Source: Bugula neritina (taxonomy: Eukaryota > Animalia > Bryozoa). Taken from it: a stretch of DNA of 64,000 nucleotides. The stretch is from NCBI GenBank assembly GCA_964035545.1, contig OZ037768.1, forward strand, positions 18,149,700 to 18,213,699, in the 5' to 3' direction. Positions 22,901 through 34,670 of this stretch are shown here, in pieces. The notes below the pieces were generated by a model. It saw only the letters and a list, made by a program, of their open reading frames with translations. It searched no databases and had not been told where the DNA came from. A program made the translations under genes and the position numbers. Positions within the stretch are counted from its first letter, which is position 1; each line of letters opens with the position of its first letter.

Positions 22901-25016
22901 TCAGCTGTCACTCTCATGTCAAGTGTAGAGGTTGTGAAGTGGTTATAATGTGTTACTATATATTAGATGGAAGAGATTAGAAAGAGAGCTAAGGAACTGA
23001 AGCAAGAGTTGTCAGAATATATGAGAAGCAGCACAGAGATGGTGGTTAATTATAGATTTGACCTGGCAGTGAAACATGGTGTTGATAAGTTGTCTCTGGT
23101 GGACAGAGTACAACATGCAGTTGATAAGTTCAATGATGCAGGCATTGTGAAAGACTACAAGGAGATGAGTGAGAAGATGGAAAAGGCTTTAGACATCAGC
23201 ATGATAGAGAAATGTTCTGTTCCTCGCAAATTCCTGACATCTGCAAGTATGTAGAATTATTAAATAGAATCCATCGCCACAAATTTAGAGAAATATGATC
23301 ATTTATAAACAGCTTATTTACAGCTTTGCACTGGAAGTTTTGTCCAGTTTTGATGAGTTTTTCTTTCTGAAAGTATATAGAAAAGTTGATGCAGTTTATA
23401 GTTGAAATTTATTAGAGGATTGAGTTTTGTTATTTTTACTCTCACATTATGGGACATTTTTGCAGTGTTTCAGAGTTTATGGTGTATAAGTGAGCTACTA
23501 AACTGTGTTATGCTGACTACCTGCTTCCAGTATTAACAAAACACTCTCTACCTGTGCATGTGATGAGATTCTCAAGTTATAGGTTTGTTATTTTGTTGTT
23601 GAAGACAGTAAAGACAGTCTAGGACTGACGTTATTGAGTATTGGTACAGCTTCTTTACAGTCTGATGGACTTCCTGTACGTGAATGGTTTGGGAGATTAA
23701 ACATAACAGCTGATGGACATCTTATGTGTTTGTCATCAAAAGGTATAGACATAATAGATAGACACACTCTGGATATTATCAGCTCAGTGAAAGACACCAA
23801 AACTGCAATGTGGAGGGAGATAATCCAACCGGAAGGGGTGATGGTTGGCAGCTGTTATAACGAAAAAGAGAACACCACTGAAGTCGCACTTCTCGATTCG
23901 CACTCTTTTAAGAAAACCAAATCTCTCTATAAACAGCCAACAGGTGGGACCACAGACTACGCAATAGCTCATCAATTCTCTCTAGTCTATATTGTAGACA
24001 TGAAGAAGAAACAGCTGGTAGTCTGTAGTCTAGTTGACAATAAAATACAGAAGTTCTCGATTCCTGGGATGAAATACCCTGGACCTGTATGCATCCTCCC
24101 AGACTCAACTCTCCTCATAGGAGACTCGACTAAAGTGAATAGATATAAAGTGGAGAACACAACTCTCACTCTAATGTGGGAATCTCTTCACATCTCAGGA
24201 CTAAATAGTATTTTCTTTGATCCAACATCCCAACTGATTCACATCTGTACATCGGGAGGACCTCTCCTCATTCTCTCACTTGAAGGTAAATTAATAATGT
24301 GTATATTATTATAATGATAAAATGATGAATAATTAATTTCAACAGTGGGTCTAATGAATACACATTCAGTGAGTCCAACAAATTTGCTTAGTTCATGTTA
24401 AGAGTCCTAGGCTAAGTTTTGAAGTCACGGTCAATGCGACATGAGACACCATCTTTTCCTTGCAGTCTGTTCAAATATTTACTTCATGCATATAATAATT
24501 TCATTATATATCTTATATTATGTAATTATTTATAATTATTAGCTGATCACTAAGTTTCTATGTTGCGTTTCTCCATGTTGTCATTTATTATGAAGTAAAC
24601 AGTAGAGCAGCTCAGTGAATTATTCATTACTGACTGGTTTATCTTTATTATCTTCAACATAATCTGCTTAGTTCCATCTTTAAAGGAAGCCTTTCTGAGC
24701 GAGAAATGTGTTTAACATTAATTATAGTGAAGCTGCAGGTATATTATTGAACATATTTTAGTTAGTATATTATATTAGAACTAGAAACTGCATGTAGTTG
24801 TGTCAGCTGTTGTGATGGCACTGTAGTCTGTCTGTTTGTCCCAAACTGATACAATCTGTTGTTATTTTATTTACAGGGAAACTGATGCAGACCTTTCCAA
24901 GAGAAAGTATTGGTTTGAGCGGTGAGAACTGGATGTGGGGCATGGCTGTGTATAATGGAAACAAGGTGTTTCTAACATGTACTGATGGACTGAGGAGATA
25001 CACAATAAAATACTGA
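19907..25016 (+). CDS. TRIM-family E3 ligase: RING, two B-boxes, coiled coil, NHL-like beta-propeller
   Basis: Exons 19907-20079 (CGYC...PRTFPCLHVYCMRC...CAYC RING), 20543-20723 (CDVC B-box 1), 20986-21187 (CEHH...CSECHQMFCIQC B-box 2), 21364-21557 and 22967-23246 (coiled coil), 23605-24285 and 24877-25016 (propeller-like, e.g. YPGPVCILPDSTLLIGD). Phases consistent; AATAAA about 30 nt after the stop. Confidence 0.88.
20155..20360 (+). mobile_element. tRNA-derived SINE-like fragment in a TRIM intron
   Basis: A-box-like GGTGTGATCTAGGAG and B-box GGTTCGAGCC at about 20217-20226, followed by a GTTAGGAAGAACATCCAG motif of the kind seen in invertebrate SINE bodies; no cloverleaf. Confidence 0.45.
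22019..22767. mobile_element. non-autonomous DNA transposon with CACTG termini (possibly CACTA/EnSpm-like)
   Basis: 14-bp TIR CACTGCGTTTCCAT/ATGGAAACGCAGTG; internal repeats of TCGCATTATGCG; TSD not cleanly preserved. Confidence 0.75.
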
Positions 25017-25699
25017 ACTTATCTGCTATATTTACTCATTTACTAAATAAAGTTGATTTGTGAAAACATTTTCTGACTAGTTGTATGGCTCAGTCACATA
25101 TTTTCATACTTAGTCACAAGAATTTAAAATTTATTGTTTCTTTTTCACAAGAACAGCTCTTATACTTTAGAGTAAAATAAAAACTAAGTTTTAGCTTAAC
25201 CTGCAAGTCTACAAATACTACCAAATAAACCTCATACACTGAAAGCAATAAATAACTTGAGTGTAACTGACAGACATGCAGGTGCAGAGTAACTCCAACA
25301 TAACTGCAGACGACATGTTATTTTTCACATTGCATAATCATGTCTCTGACAGGGAATTGCTGGGTAACATGTAGTCTGTATTTAATATATATGGCTGTCT
25401 ACACTGCCAACTCAGTTACCTCCACCTGGTACATTTTTATTGAGTCTAACTTATGTGTACCCCTCATCATGCCACATCCTAGGGATACTGTCCCCTAGAC
25501 AGTTGGGGGGGGGGGGGGCAGATAATCATAGAAGATTAGTCATAGTGTAATATCAAGCTAAACGATCACAAATAGGCAACACGCATGCCACCCACATAGC
25601 ATTAACATAGCAAGAACTTAAACTAGATTGTGAGTGAAATTTATGATATCTCAGTGAAGATGCCCTAACTATCCTGTGCGCTTATCATCAGTAGGTGTA

Positions 25700-26115
25700 G
25701 GGCCACACGACGCGTTTTTACACGTTCATGACGTGCAAGAATACACGCTAGTGACCTGCCACACACAGTGCGCGTGTCGCGAGTGCAAACATTTATTAGC
25801 CAATGATGTTAGCGTTAAACTTTACTGCTCGCCTACAGACGTTTGTTTTTAAAATTACGTCATCGGCAAAGTGACTTTAGATATTATAAAAGCGGAAATG
25901 CAAGTTATATGAAACTGTTTAAATTCAGTTTGCTAAAAGCTAAAACGTGAATTGAAATATAAAAAAATGTGCTCGCTAAATGATAAAAAGCCAATTATAT
26001 CAAATTTGCACGAGCTTGCCGCTCTTCTCGCTCAGCATGTTAGACGCATGAAAATCCCGCTCACGACGTCCAATTTTAGGGCTAAACGAAACTTCTTGCA
26101 CGTCACGTGTGGCCC
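25700..26115. mobile_element. MITE, TIR GGGCCACACG, flanked by TA
   Basis: TA|GGGCCACACG...CGTGTGGCCC|TA. An inverted degenerate relative lies at about 27670-27758 plus 29529-29570. Confidence 0.8.
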
Positions 26116-26712
26116 TACATTAACACTTTCAAAAATATGCCCATAGTATGGCCTAGAACAGTCTATTTTCTTCTAGACCATACGGCGTAGGGGATCGTAT
26201 GAGTACCACTACATCCCTGGCTATATCTATAGATATTATTAACATTTCAACTAATTTTTAAAGCAAACAAACTAATAACAGTGATCAGGGTGCAGTGGTC
26301 AGGTGGCCCATTGTGCCTGTGTGGCTAAGTTGAAAATAAATGTGGCTCAAGGAAAATTTATTTTAGAATTTGCTATTATACCAGTTAAGAAATGTATAGA
26401 AAAGGAATGGCAACAATATCAGTAAAAACTGGGCTTGTTACCTTTGAGTGTAAAAAGTTATGAAGCTTTAATGACATCTTGAAAAATTTACAAAAAGTAG
26501 GTAAAAACAGTTTTTGACTCACCTTTTCAACATGTATGCTCCGCAAGTGTTAAAACTACAATGGCTGAATAATTATGCCATTGCCTTTTTATTAAAAAAA
26601 AACATCACAACTCTAAGTCAATAAGTTCCCTCACCATTTAACCGGCTTTTTGTACCCCTATGACGGTCCTTTGTGTCCCCCCTTACCCTTAATATGATAT
26701 CCCAATATCTAT

Positions 26713-27205
26713 TGTAGTAGTTTTGTGGGTTGTAGAATGAAATCAGGCAGAGAACATAACTCCTTGCTATAGAAGAGACAAGAGAGAGGTTGCCGTGTGC
26801 TTGCAGTACTTTATTGTAGTAGAGAGAAGTATCCAGTGTGAGCTCCAGTCCGCAAGTGACTGAAGCTCTGAAATGCATGCCCTTTTATACTAGGGGAACA
26901 AAGAGACTTCTAGAACCATCGACCGACAGCGGGCCGATGTTGGGCAGGAGATGCTGATATTCGTCATGTCGGTAACCGATACTGGAAATATCGGCAACCG
27001 ACATTCGGTCTGTCTGCATCCACCTGCCGAAATCGGTCCAACTGTCGGTTTACATAATAAAAGAATTGAACTTAACCAAGTGTATTGTGCTTGTAAGGGG
27101 ATTAGCTATTCACTTTAATTTAAACGTTAGCTTTATTGTCTGAGTCAGGACTTGGCTATGGGGAACTGGGGAACAGGACTAAGGGGTATATTAATATTTA
27201 CTACA
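26713..27205 (-). mobile_element. solo LTR, same family as 16399-16953 (diverged 5' part)
   Basis: TGTAGTAGTTTTGTGGG...ATTTACTACA. About 350 bp is closely similar to the reverse complement of 16600-16953. Flanked by a 52/54-bp direct repeat. Confidence 0.9.
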
Positions 27206-27758
27206 TGACGGTCCTTTGTGTCCCCCCCCTTACCCTTAATATGATATCCCAATATCTATCACTATCAGCAAACTACATGCAGGTGATATGATCATTGCAA
27301 AATAAAATGTAAATGATCCCACAGAGGTGTGTTAATAGTTGAAAGGTAGTAGTTATTGTTTGTATCCTAGACTTATAACAATAAATTACTACTATCGGTA
27401 ATAATAAATTAAATTATAGCAATTTCAAGATCCAATAGATCATTTAACAGAAATTCGTTTGAAGGTGCACCAAATTGGAGGTCATTGAGTGCATTAGTTT
27501 GGTAGTCCCTAGTTGGGAGATTTATCATTAGACGTGTATGCAAATACTCTTTTTAATCACCTCCACGTTGGTGCTGCTCCTAGCAATATTTTACTCAACA
27601 CAGGCTTTGGAGGCTGACAACTCCAAAGATCATAATATAAATTATATATATATATATAAATTATAGAGTTGCAGTCACTTTGCCGATGACGTACATTATT
27701 TACAAGCAAACGCCTGCAGGCGAGCAGTAATGTTCCAGTATCATTAGCTAATAAATTT

Positions 27759-28183
27759 CAGTGTGGTATATTAAGAGTGTTGACTTTAAACCATGAAAAA
27801 TCATTATGTCGCTAATGGTACCGCAAGTTTATATAAGTTATAAAGGAAAAATTTTGCCACTTTTGTGATTTTATTTTTTTTTTATATTATGTGTCCATTT
27901 TTTTTAGTTTTGTTTATTGGTAAAGTTTTAAACATATTTTCAATACATATAAAATTTTAAAAAAAATTAAAACTTAATCATGCACGTAAATACAAAGCTA
28001 TAAAGTTTAAGCTTCGCTGTGATTACAATGTGAATATTAATTGAATAATGCTTGCAATAACCATTTTACACAAAATATGTTACAGTTGCTATAAATGTAA
28101 GACTAGTAAATTGGATGCAAATAGGCACGGTGATACTATTTAATTTATGCTATTTTTGAAATTTGTAGTAAATATTCGGCATG

Positions 28184-28253
<70 letters not shown>

Positions 28254-28259
28254 CATGCC

Positions 28260-28345
<86 letters not shown>

Positions 28346-29038
28346 AATATATTATATATTTTTATGTTATATATTGTTATATTATATATATATTATATAA
28401 GTATAATAATATTATATATAATATATATATATTATAATAATATATTATATAATATAATAATATATTATTATATTATATATTATATTATATATATATTATA
28501 TATAGTATATATATATAATATCATATAAAATATATTATTATATTATATTATTTATAATATATATATATATATTATAATAATATATTATATATTATATTAT
28601 ATTATATATATATATTATACAAGTATAATAATATTATATATAATATATATATATTTTTTAATAATATATTATATATTATTATATTATATATTATATTATA
28701 TATATATTATATATATATAATATCATGTATAATATATTATTATATTATATATTATATTATATATAATATATATATATTATAATAATATATTATGCATTAA
28801 TATATTATATAATATATTATATATATATTATATATATAATAACATCATATATAATATATATAATATATTATTATATTATATATTATATTATATATATAAT
28901 AATATCATATATAATATATTATTATATTATATATTAAATTATATACATTATATATATATAATATAATGATAATATATATAATATATATATATATATATAC
29001 ATATAATAATATTATATATTATATATATATAATAATAT

Positions 29039-29071
<33 letters not shown>

Positions 29072-29520
29072 ATATATATACATGCCAAATATTTACTACA
29101 AAATTCAAAAATAGCATAAATTAAGTAGTATTACCGTGCTTATTTGCATCCAATTAACTAGTCTTACATTTATAGCGACTGTAACGTATTTTGTGTATAA
29201 TGGTTATTGCAAGCATTATTCAATTCATATTCACATTAAAATCACAGCGAAGCTTGAACTTTATAGCTTTGTATTTATGTGCATGATTGAGTTTTAATTT
29301 TTCTTTTAATTTTATGTGCATTAAAAATGTGTTTAAAAACTTTACCAATAAAAAAAAATAAAAAAAATGTTTACATAAAATAGAAAAAAAATAAAATAAC
29401 AAAAGTGGCAAAATTTTTCCCTTATAACTTATATAAACTCGCGGTACCAATCTCGGCATAATGGCGCCCATATGATTCCGTAAGATTTGCTAATGGCAAC
29501 ACTCTTAATATACCACACTG
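27759..29520. mobile_element. hAT-like non-autonomous foldback element with ~430-bp arms and a (TA)n core
   Basis: Termini CAGTGTGGTATATTAAGAGTGTTG/CAACACTCTTAATATACCACACTG; 8-bp TSD ATAAATTT (27751-27758 / 29521-29528); arms 27759-28185 and 29079-29520 are reverse complements; AT-only core about 28185-29080. Confidence 0.92.
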
Positions 29521-29694
29521 ATAAATTTCTGCATCCACAGCCAACTCGCTGTGCGTGGCAGGTCATTCCCGCAACGGATTTTCACGCACTTGTACCCGCT
29601 ATTAAAATGAAACTATGGTTCCCATCGAACTCAATAATATCTATTCCAGCTCAGTGATGGTTCCCGTATGCAGAATATCCGCGCCGCGGAGCCT

Positions 29695-32600
29695 TACGCT
29701 AATATCCATTGAAAAGAAGTGAGCACATAAAGGCGCGTTTACTTAAAAAGCAAACGAACGCTTTGACCAATAGCGTAAATTATTTTAGCTCCACTTTAAT
29801 CAGCTGTAGGTAAAACACTGTTTGAACAAAGACTCGTTCGCGAGTAACTAAATGCAATAGCAATTTGAACCCGGGAATTACAACTTCAACTTGACTAAAT
29901 TAATAATTGTGCTTTCGTAGGTGGAGGATTGAGGGATAGTCACGCTAACCGGTGCAAAAAGATAAATTAAAACTCTCTTTTTTAGTCGAGCGTTTGCAAA
30001 ATTAGATTAGCAGCAGGTACGTATCTTAGGGCTGTTTAAAATTTTTACGGTGACTGTATCATGGTTTTTATCAATTAGATTTAATACCGTACTCATTCTT
30101 ATCCATACTCAAGTCATAGTCAATGTCATACTGATACTCATACTGATACTCCTACTCATAGTCATAGTCATACTGATTGACTAAACTTGGAGTTAGTCAT
30201 TACTCATAGACTCATGTTCATACTATCATACTCATAGTGATACCGATAGTGATACTCATAATCATAGTAATACTAATACTAACACTCTAACAGTATTACT
30301 AATAGTAATAGTAATACTCTAATACTAATAGTCAAAGTCACTTTGAAAGTGACAGCAGGCCCTAAACCAGTAAATGTAGTACTACTACTAGTACTAGTAA
30401 TATTACTATCACTACCAGTATTAATACTGATACTAATAATAATAGTAATCAGTAATGTTCATAATCGATAGTGATAGTGGCCAGAGCTTGGTTTAAATCT
30501 GAAGTCTTAATCTCAGACTTGAGTTAGTCAAGACTCAAATTAACTAGAGTACTATTAATTCATCTTACATTTACAGTAACAATTACAGTTACAGTGACTT
30601 GAGTTTAGGTTAAAGTTGTGTTCTTTTCAGAAATTATTTATACGGAATTTGATATTTCTGTGCCAGCTAAATCTGTCAAAACATCCAACTCTCAAAAGGA
30701 GGTCTTTTCTTAACTTTCTTAAGCGCACACAAGATGCTGTTTCGGGCAGGAAGCTGTTGAGATAGCCAATAGGCAGTGGTGATAATGCTTGGTAAGTGAC
30801 TAATTTTCAAGCTGGTCTCACAGGCAAAGCGTGTACGTTTATAGCTAACCCTATTAGGCTGGCAGAAAAATTTAAGCTGTACTTAAAAAGTGAATTAGCC
30901 CCTAAAATATTAAACCTGAGCCAAAAATTAGTTTTCAACAATCGTTATTTTAATCAGTAATAGTTTCAATATATCGAAGTATTGGGAAATCTGCAAATTT
31001 AATATTTAGAATGCTTGTTTTTTAACATAGCTTTAACCCACTATGATTACCCAGTCTTACACTTACATTTTTTGTAACGGCCAGCATGGCCTTTTTGTAA
31101 CTCATGTTAGTAAAAATAAATAGAAAATCAAGTATTGAAAATGCATCCATAAATTAGTTATACTTAGCTTGTCAAACCTATTGTCATTAAACTTAAGCTT
31201 TATATTTGTTTTCCATAGAACTAGCACAGCTGTTTTGAGCTGTTATGCTAGCCAACACATTGTGTAAACTAGCTAGCTATATAAGGCTTTGCAGGCTGCA
31301 CATGTGTTTGTTATAAACTTGGCCCAGCCATGGTAGACCAAGTGCTAGAGCCATGACAAGTGCAGCCGTTTTATAGAACTAGTAGAGCCAATCAGTTTTC
31401 ACGTTGCCTTATGGCATCAGTCGAGACTTTACTCCTATAAAGTACCATCAACACCATAGTATAAAACAGCAGCTACATCTTTCATCAACAAACAGTTTTT
31501 CTAGTAACACCAATAGGAAGCTCTATAACAAATGAACAGTTTTTAATTGACAATAAAACTTATTATTTTTGAAAATGAGTTATATGACTATTTTATGTTG
31601 ACGAACACACAAACAGCTACACAGCATGCAGCATTAATATTCTATAGTCCAGACAGATTAATTATAGGTCTACACAAGCCACTTTAAAAAGTATTTTTAT
31701 GCTATGCTACAGTTAGCTTGTGTTGATAATTTAAAACATATATTTAACTAATTTGCAGTGATAGTTTGACTTGTTTGTCATCAATATTGGATTATCATTG
31801 TAGTGATAAATATCCCTACTTACACATTGAATCACTGAATGCTTATAGCCAAACAATTCTTAGATCAATATAATTTGTTTGAACTATTGCTAGCAGTATC
31901 TCTTTTTTAGAACTATTCACATATACAACGCTAAATGCTTATAAATTGTTATGCTCTCTTGTCTGTTTTTGAGTGTAATGAAGCAGTTTTTGTAGCTTTC
32001 CGTTTGCTTTCTATACAAATTAGATATTTAGGTTTTGTTGAATTTTATGATTATTTTCCTCCGAGCTCCTGGCCAAGCAAGGTTACATTAAATTAATATT
32101 AACATCTACTAGTTTTGTAATTTCACGATAAATTGTATGGAAATTTATGAGATAGTTAGAAAACATCTATTTATGGTCAACAAGCTGAAACATGAAAGTA
32201 TATTTTGCTTTTCTGATAGTTTTATAGCTGTCTGCAATGAGCAGCTTTTAGTTGAATTCAATTTAATTGCTTTTCAAGTCTTGGTGCAGATAAATCTAAA
32301 TTGGCTTATGCATTAACTTGAACTGATTTGGTTCAATTTGAAGTGACTTGTAATACTTAAGCTGCATGTACACAGGCCGATTTTTTCAGCCGATTTTGTA
32401 CTTGTCAATTTCGCTATTGCTGATTGAAAAATCGCCGATAAATCCAAGCGATTTTTATTTCCCGCGTTATTTTCCTGCAAAAATCAACCAAAAGCAAAAA
32501 TCCCCGGATTAATTTAGAAATCGTAAAAAATCGCTAACAGTTTATTGGAAAAATCAGCCTGTGTACATGCAGCTTTAGTAAAATATTTATACGAATTTAA

Positions 32601-34069
32601 TAGAATTGGTCACATGGCTTGGCAATTGAAATAAGAGAAATAGATTCATAGCTAATTATGTAGTAGGCTTTTAGCCAATAATTAATTATGGAATAATGTC
32701 ACAAAACTATGGTAGCAGTGTGACTAGTTCGAAAAGTCTGGTAGTCAGAAGTGTATAAACAAGTAGCATACAGCTTGCTAATTCAGTTGAGACTAAATAG
32801 AGCTGTGAATATAAGTAGACTTTATTTCTCCAGCAAGATATACACAGATCAACTTATGAAAATGAACTATATTGTAAACACAACTGCCTTAGTATTTATA
32901 GTAAACATAAAAACTTGGACATTCAGCAAAACTTTTTCCGTCTTACCTGACAAAAGTTCAGGTGTCACCGACCAGCTAAACTGTGGGAAACACTGCTCTT
33001 ACCGTTTACCTGCGTTTTGTTTCTACTCTTACAAAGTGAACTTTTCATTGTTCAATTCTAACTGATGGGTTCAAACTCTCTCTGTAACCTTCTAGCTATT
33101 GAATTTGTAGAGTCAAACGCACCATGGTGATCTCAAATACATGTTTAATTCTAGTTCACTCACCCTGTAATTTTTGAAACATTTTACTTTCCCAAACAGT
33201 TAATGCCAGTAAGACATGAGAGATTGTAGTGAGCTTTTACTGGTGAGTTGGTGAGAAATCTGCTGATCCTATTTATTATAGTAAAATTCTAGCTCCTAGC
33301 TTCACATTGAACTTGATAGTTATAAATATGTTTGTTTTAAGGTCCTATACAGCTACATAAGTTTAGTTAAGAACTATTTTAATTTTCCTACATTTTGCAT
33401 TTACTGCCACACAAGTTCTGACTTGCTCTTTGGAATTAGCTGCTCTTGGCTATTGTTCCGCTTCACTACCTCAATAATCTGATTGGTTGAGTAGTACTTA
33501 ATAAAAGGTTGGGTGAGCTGAGGGTTGTTCAAAGATCATTCAGATAATTATTTATGTTGACAATACTTCAATTATTTGTACACTGTGTTGGCAATTGGGA
33601 TAAATAACAATTTGATTTAATACAGTTTCAAAACTTTCTCGCAATGTAAGTATATATTTGTATATAATATGTATTGGCTGTTATTATATTTTTACATTTA
33701 TGAAAATTTGACTTTAGAATACTTTGTATTGTTGACACAGCATCTACTTTTTGCAAGGTTTCAGCTGCTACATAAAATGTAATATCATAACCAAAATAGA
33801 GTTGAGCTACATGCAATAGCAATTTCTTCATGCTACCTCTTTTTACAACTGTAAATTATTTGTCAAAAATATTAAGTGCAGAAAACAGTAATACTAATAT
33901 AAAACATTTCCTAATTTTCTCACCTTTTTCTTTGCTTGAGTTTAAGAACTAAGGCGTTCTTTGATTTGGGTAATCTAAGCAGTCTTAATTTCTATTAGCA
34001 CCACATTTTCAAATCTCTATAAATGAGTAAATTATTATTGTAATTGTTTTGCAGAAGTATTAGTTTACA
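29695..34069 (+). repeat. block Y' of the segmental duplication; putative promoter and 5'UTR exons of the plakin gene
   Basis: Homologous to about 15625-19184. CpG-containing segment with GGCGCG, CCAAT and TTCGCGAG; donor CAG|GTACGT at 30016; exon-like 30631-30791 (TTTTCAG| ... TG|GTAAGT). Confidence 0.75.
32360..32574. mobile_element. PIF/Harbinger-type MITE
   Basis: 25-bp TIR AGCTGCATGTACACAGGCCGATTTT with 1 mismatch; TTA TSD. Confidence 0.85.
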
Positions 34070-34670
34070 AGCCTGTCCTGACATTAAATATCTTTGAGGT
34101 GTATCTAGATTGTACGATAGAGTAACAATATTGTGCTTAGGTAAACTAAATGCAATTATTCTTCTCCCATAGTTTCTCAAATTTCTGATGAGCAAACATT
34201 CTATGCTATTCATTGTATCTGTCAACTGAATGCAAGAGCCTCAAGTTACAAAATTTTTTCTCCATTAAATTGCAATAAAGAGTATGAAAAGAGGTTTCTT
34301 GTAAATATTATCAGTGACTCGATTGCACAAAATTCTGTCAAAATATTCTTTGTCTATTTGGCTAGCTATGAAAATAAAAACCTAGTTTGTACTTTCAACA
34401 ATGCTGTTTATCTAATTGTCACTTGTTTTTGTGCATGTAATAGTGGAGAGATGCCTGCTCTATATAATTATGAGTTATTAGGGAACAAGTTATTATCTTA
34501 TCTATGTGTTTTAAGTAGCTTATTAGGCAAGTTAGTCACCAACTGCTTTGCATTGTTATCTCTCTAGCTTGTATTAACAGGTGAGCACACCTAACAATAG
34601 TCAGTTTCAACTAGTTGCATACATTATGTACTTATATTTACAGAGCTCTGGTAGGATGTTCTAGCCCACC

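Noticed and set aside
28181-28528. 115-aa YI-repeat ORF
   Set aside because: Translation of a (TA)n microsatellite.
19569-29702. TRIM-bearing segment as a Helitron (hairpin TCCGCGCCGCGGA followed by CTAA|T)
   Set aside because: The CTAAT is homologous to the target sequence in copy 1, and there is no A|TC 5' end at the other junction. The mechanism is left open.
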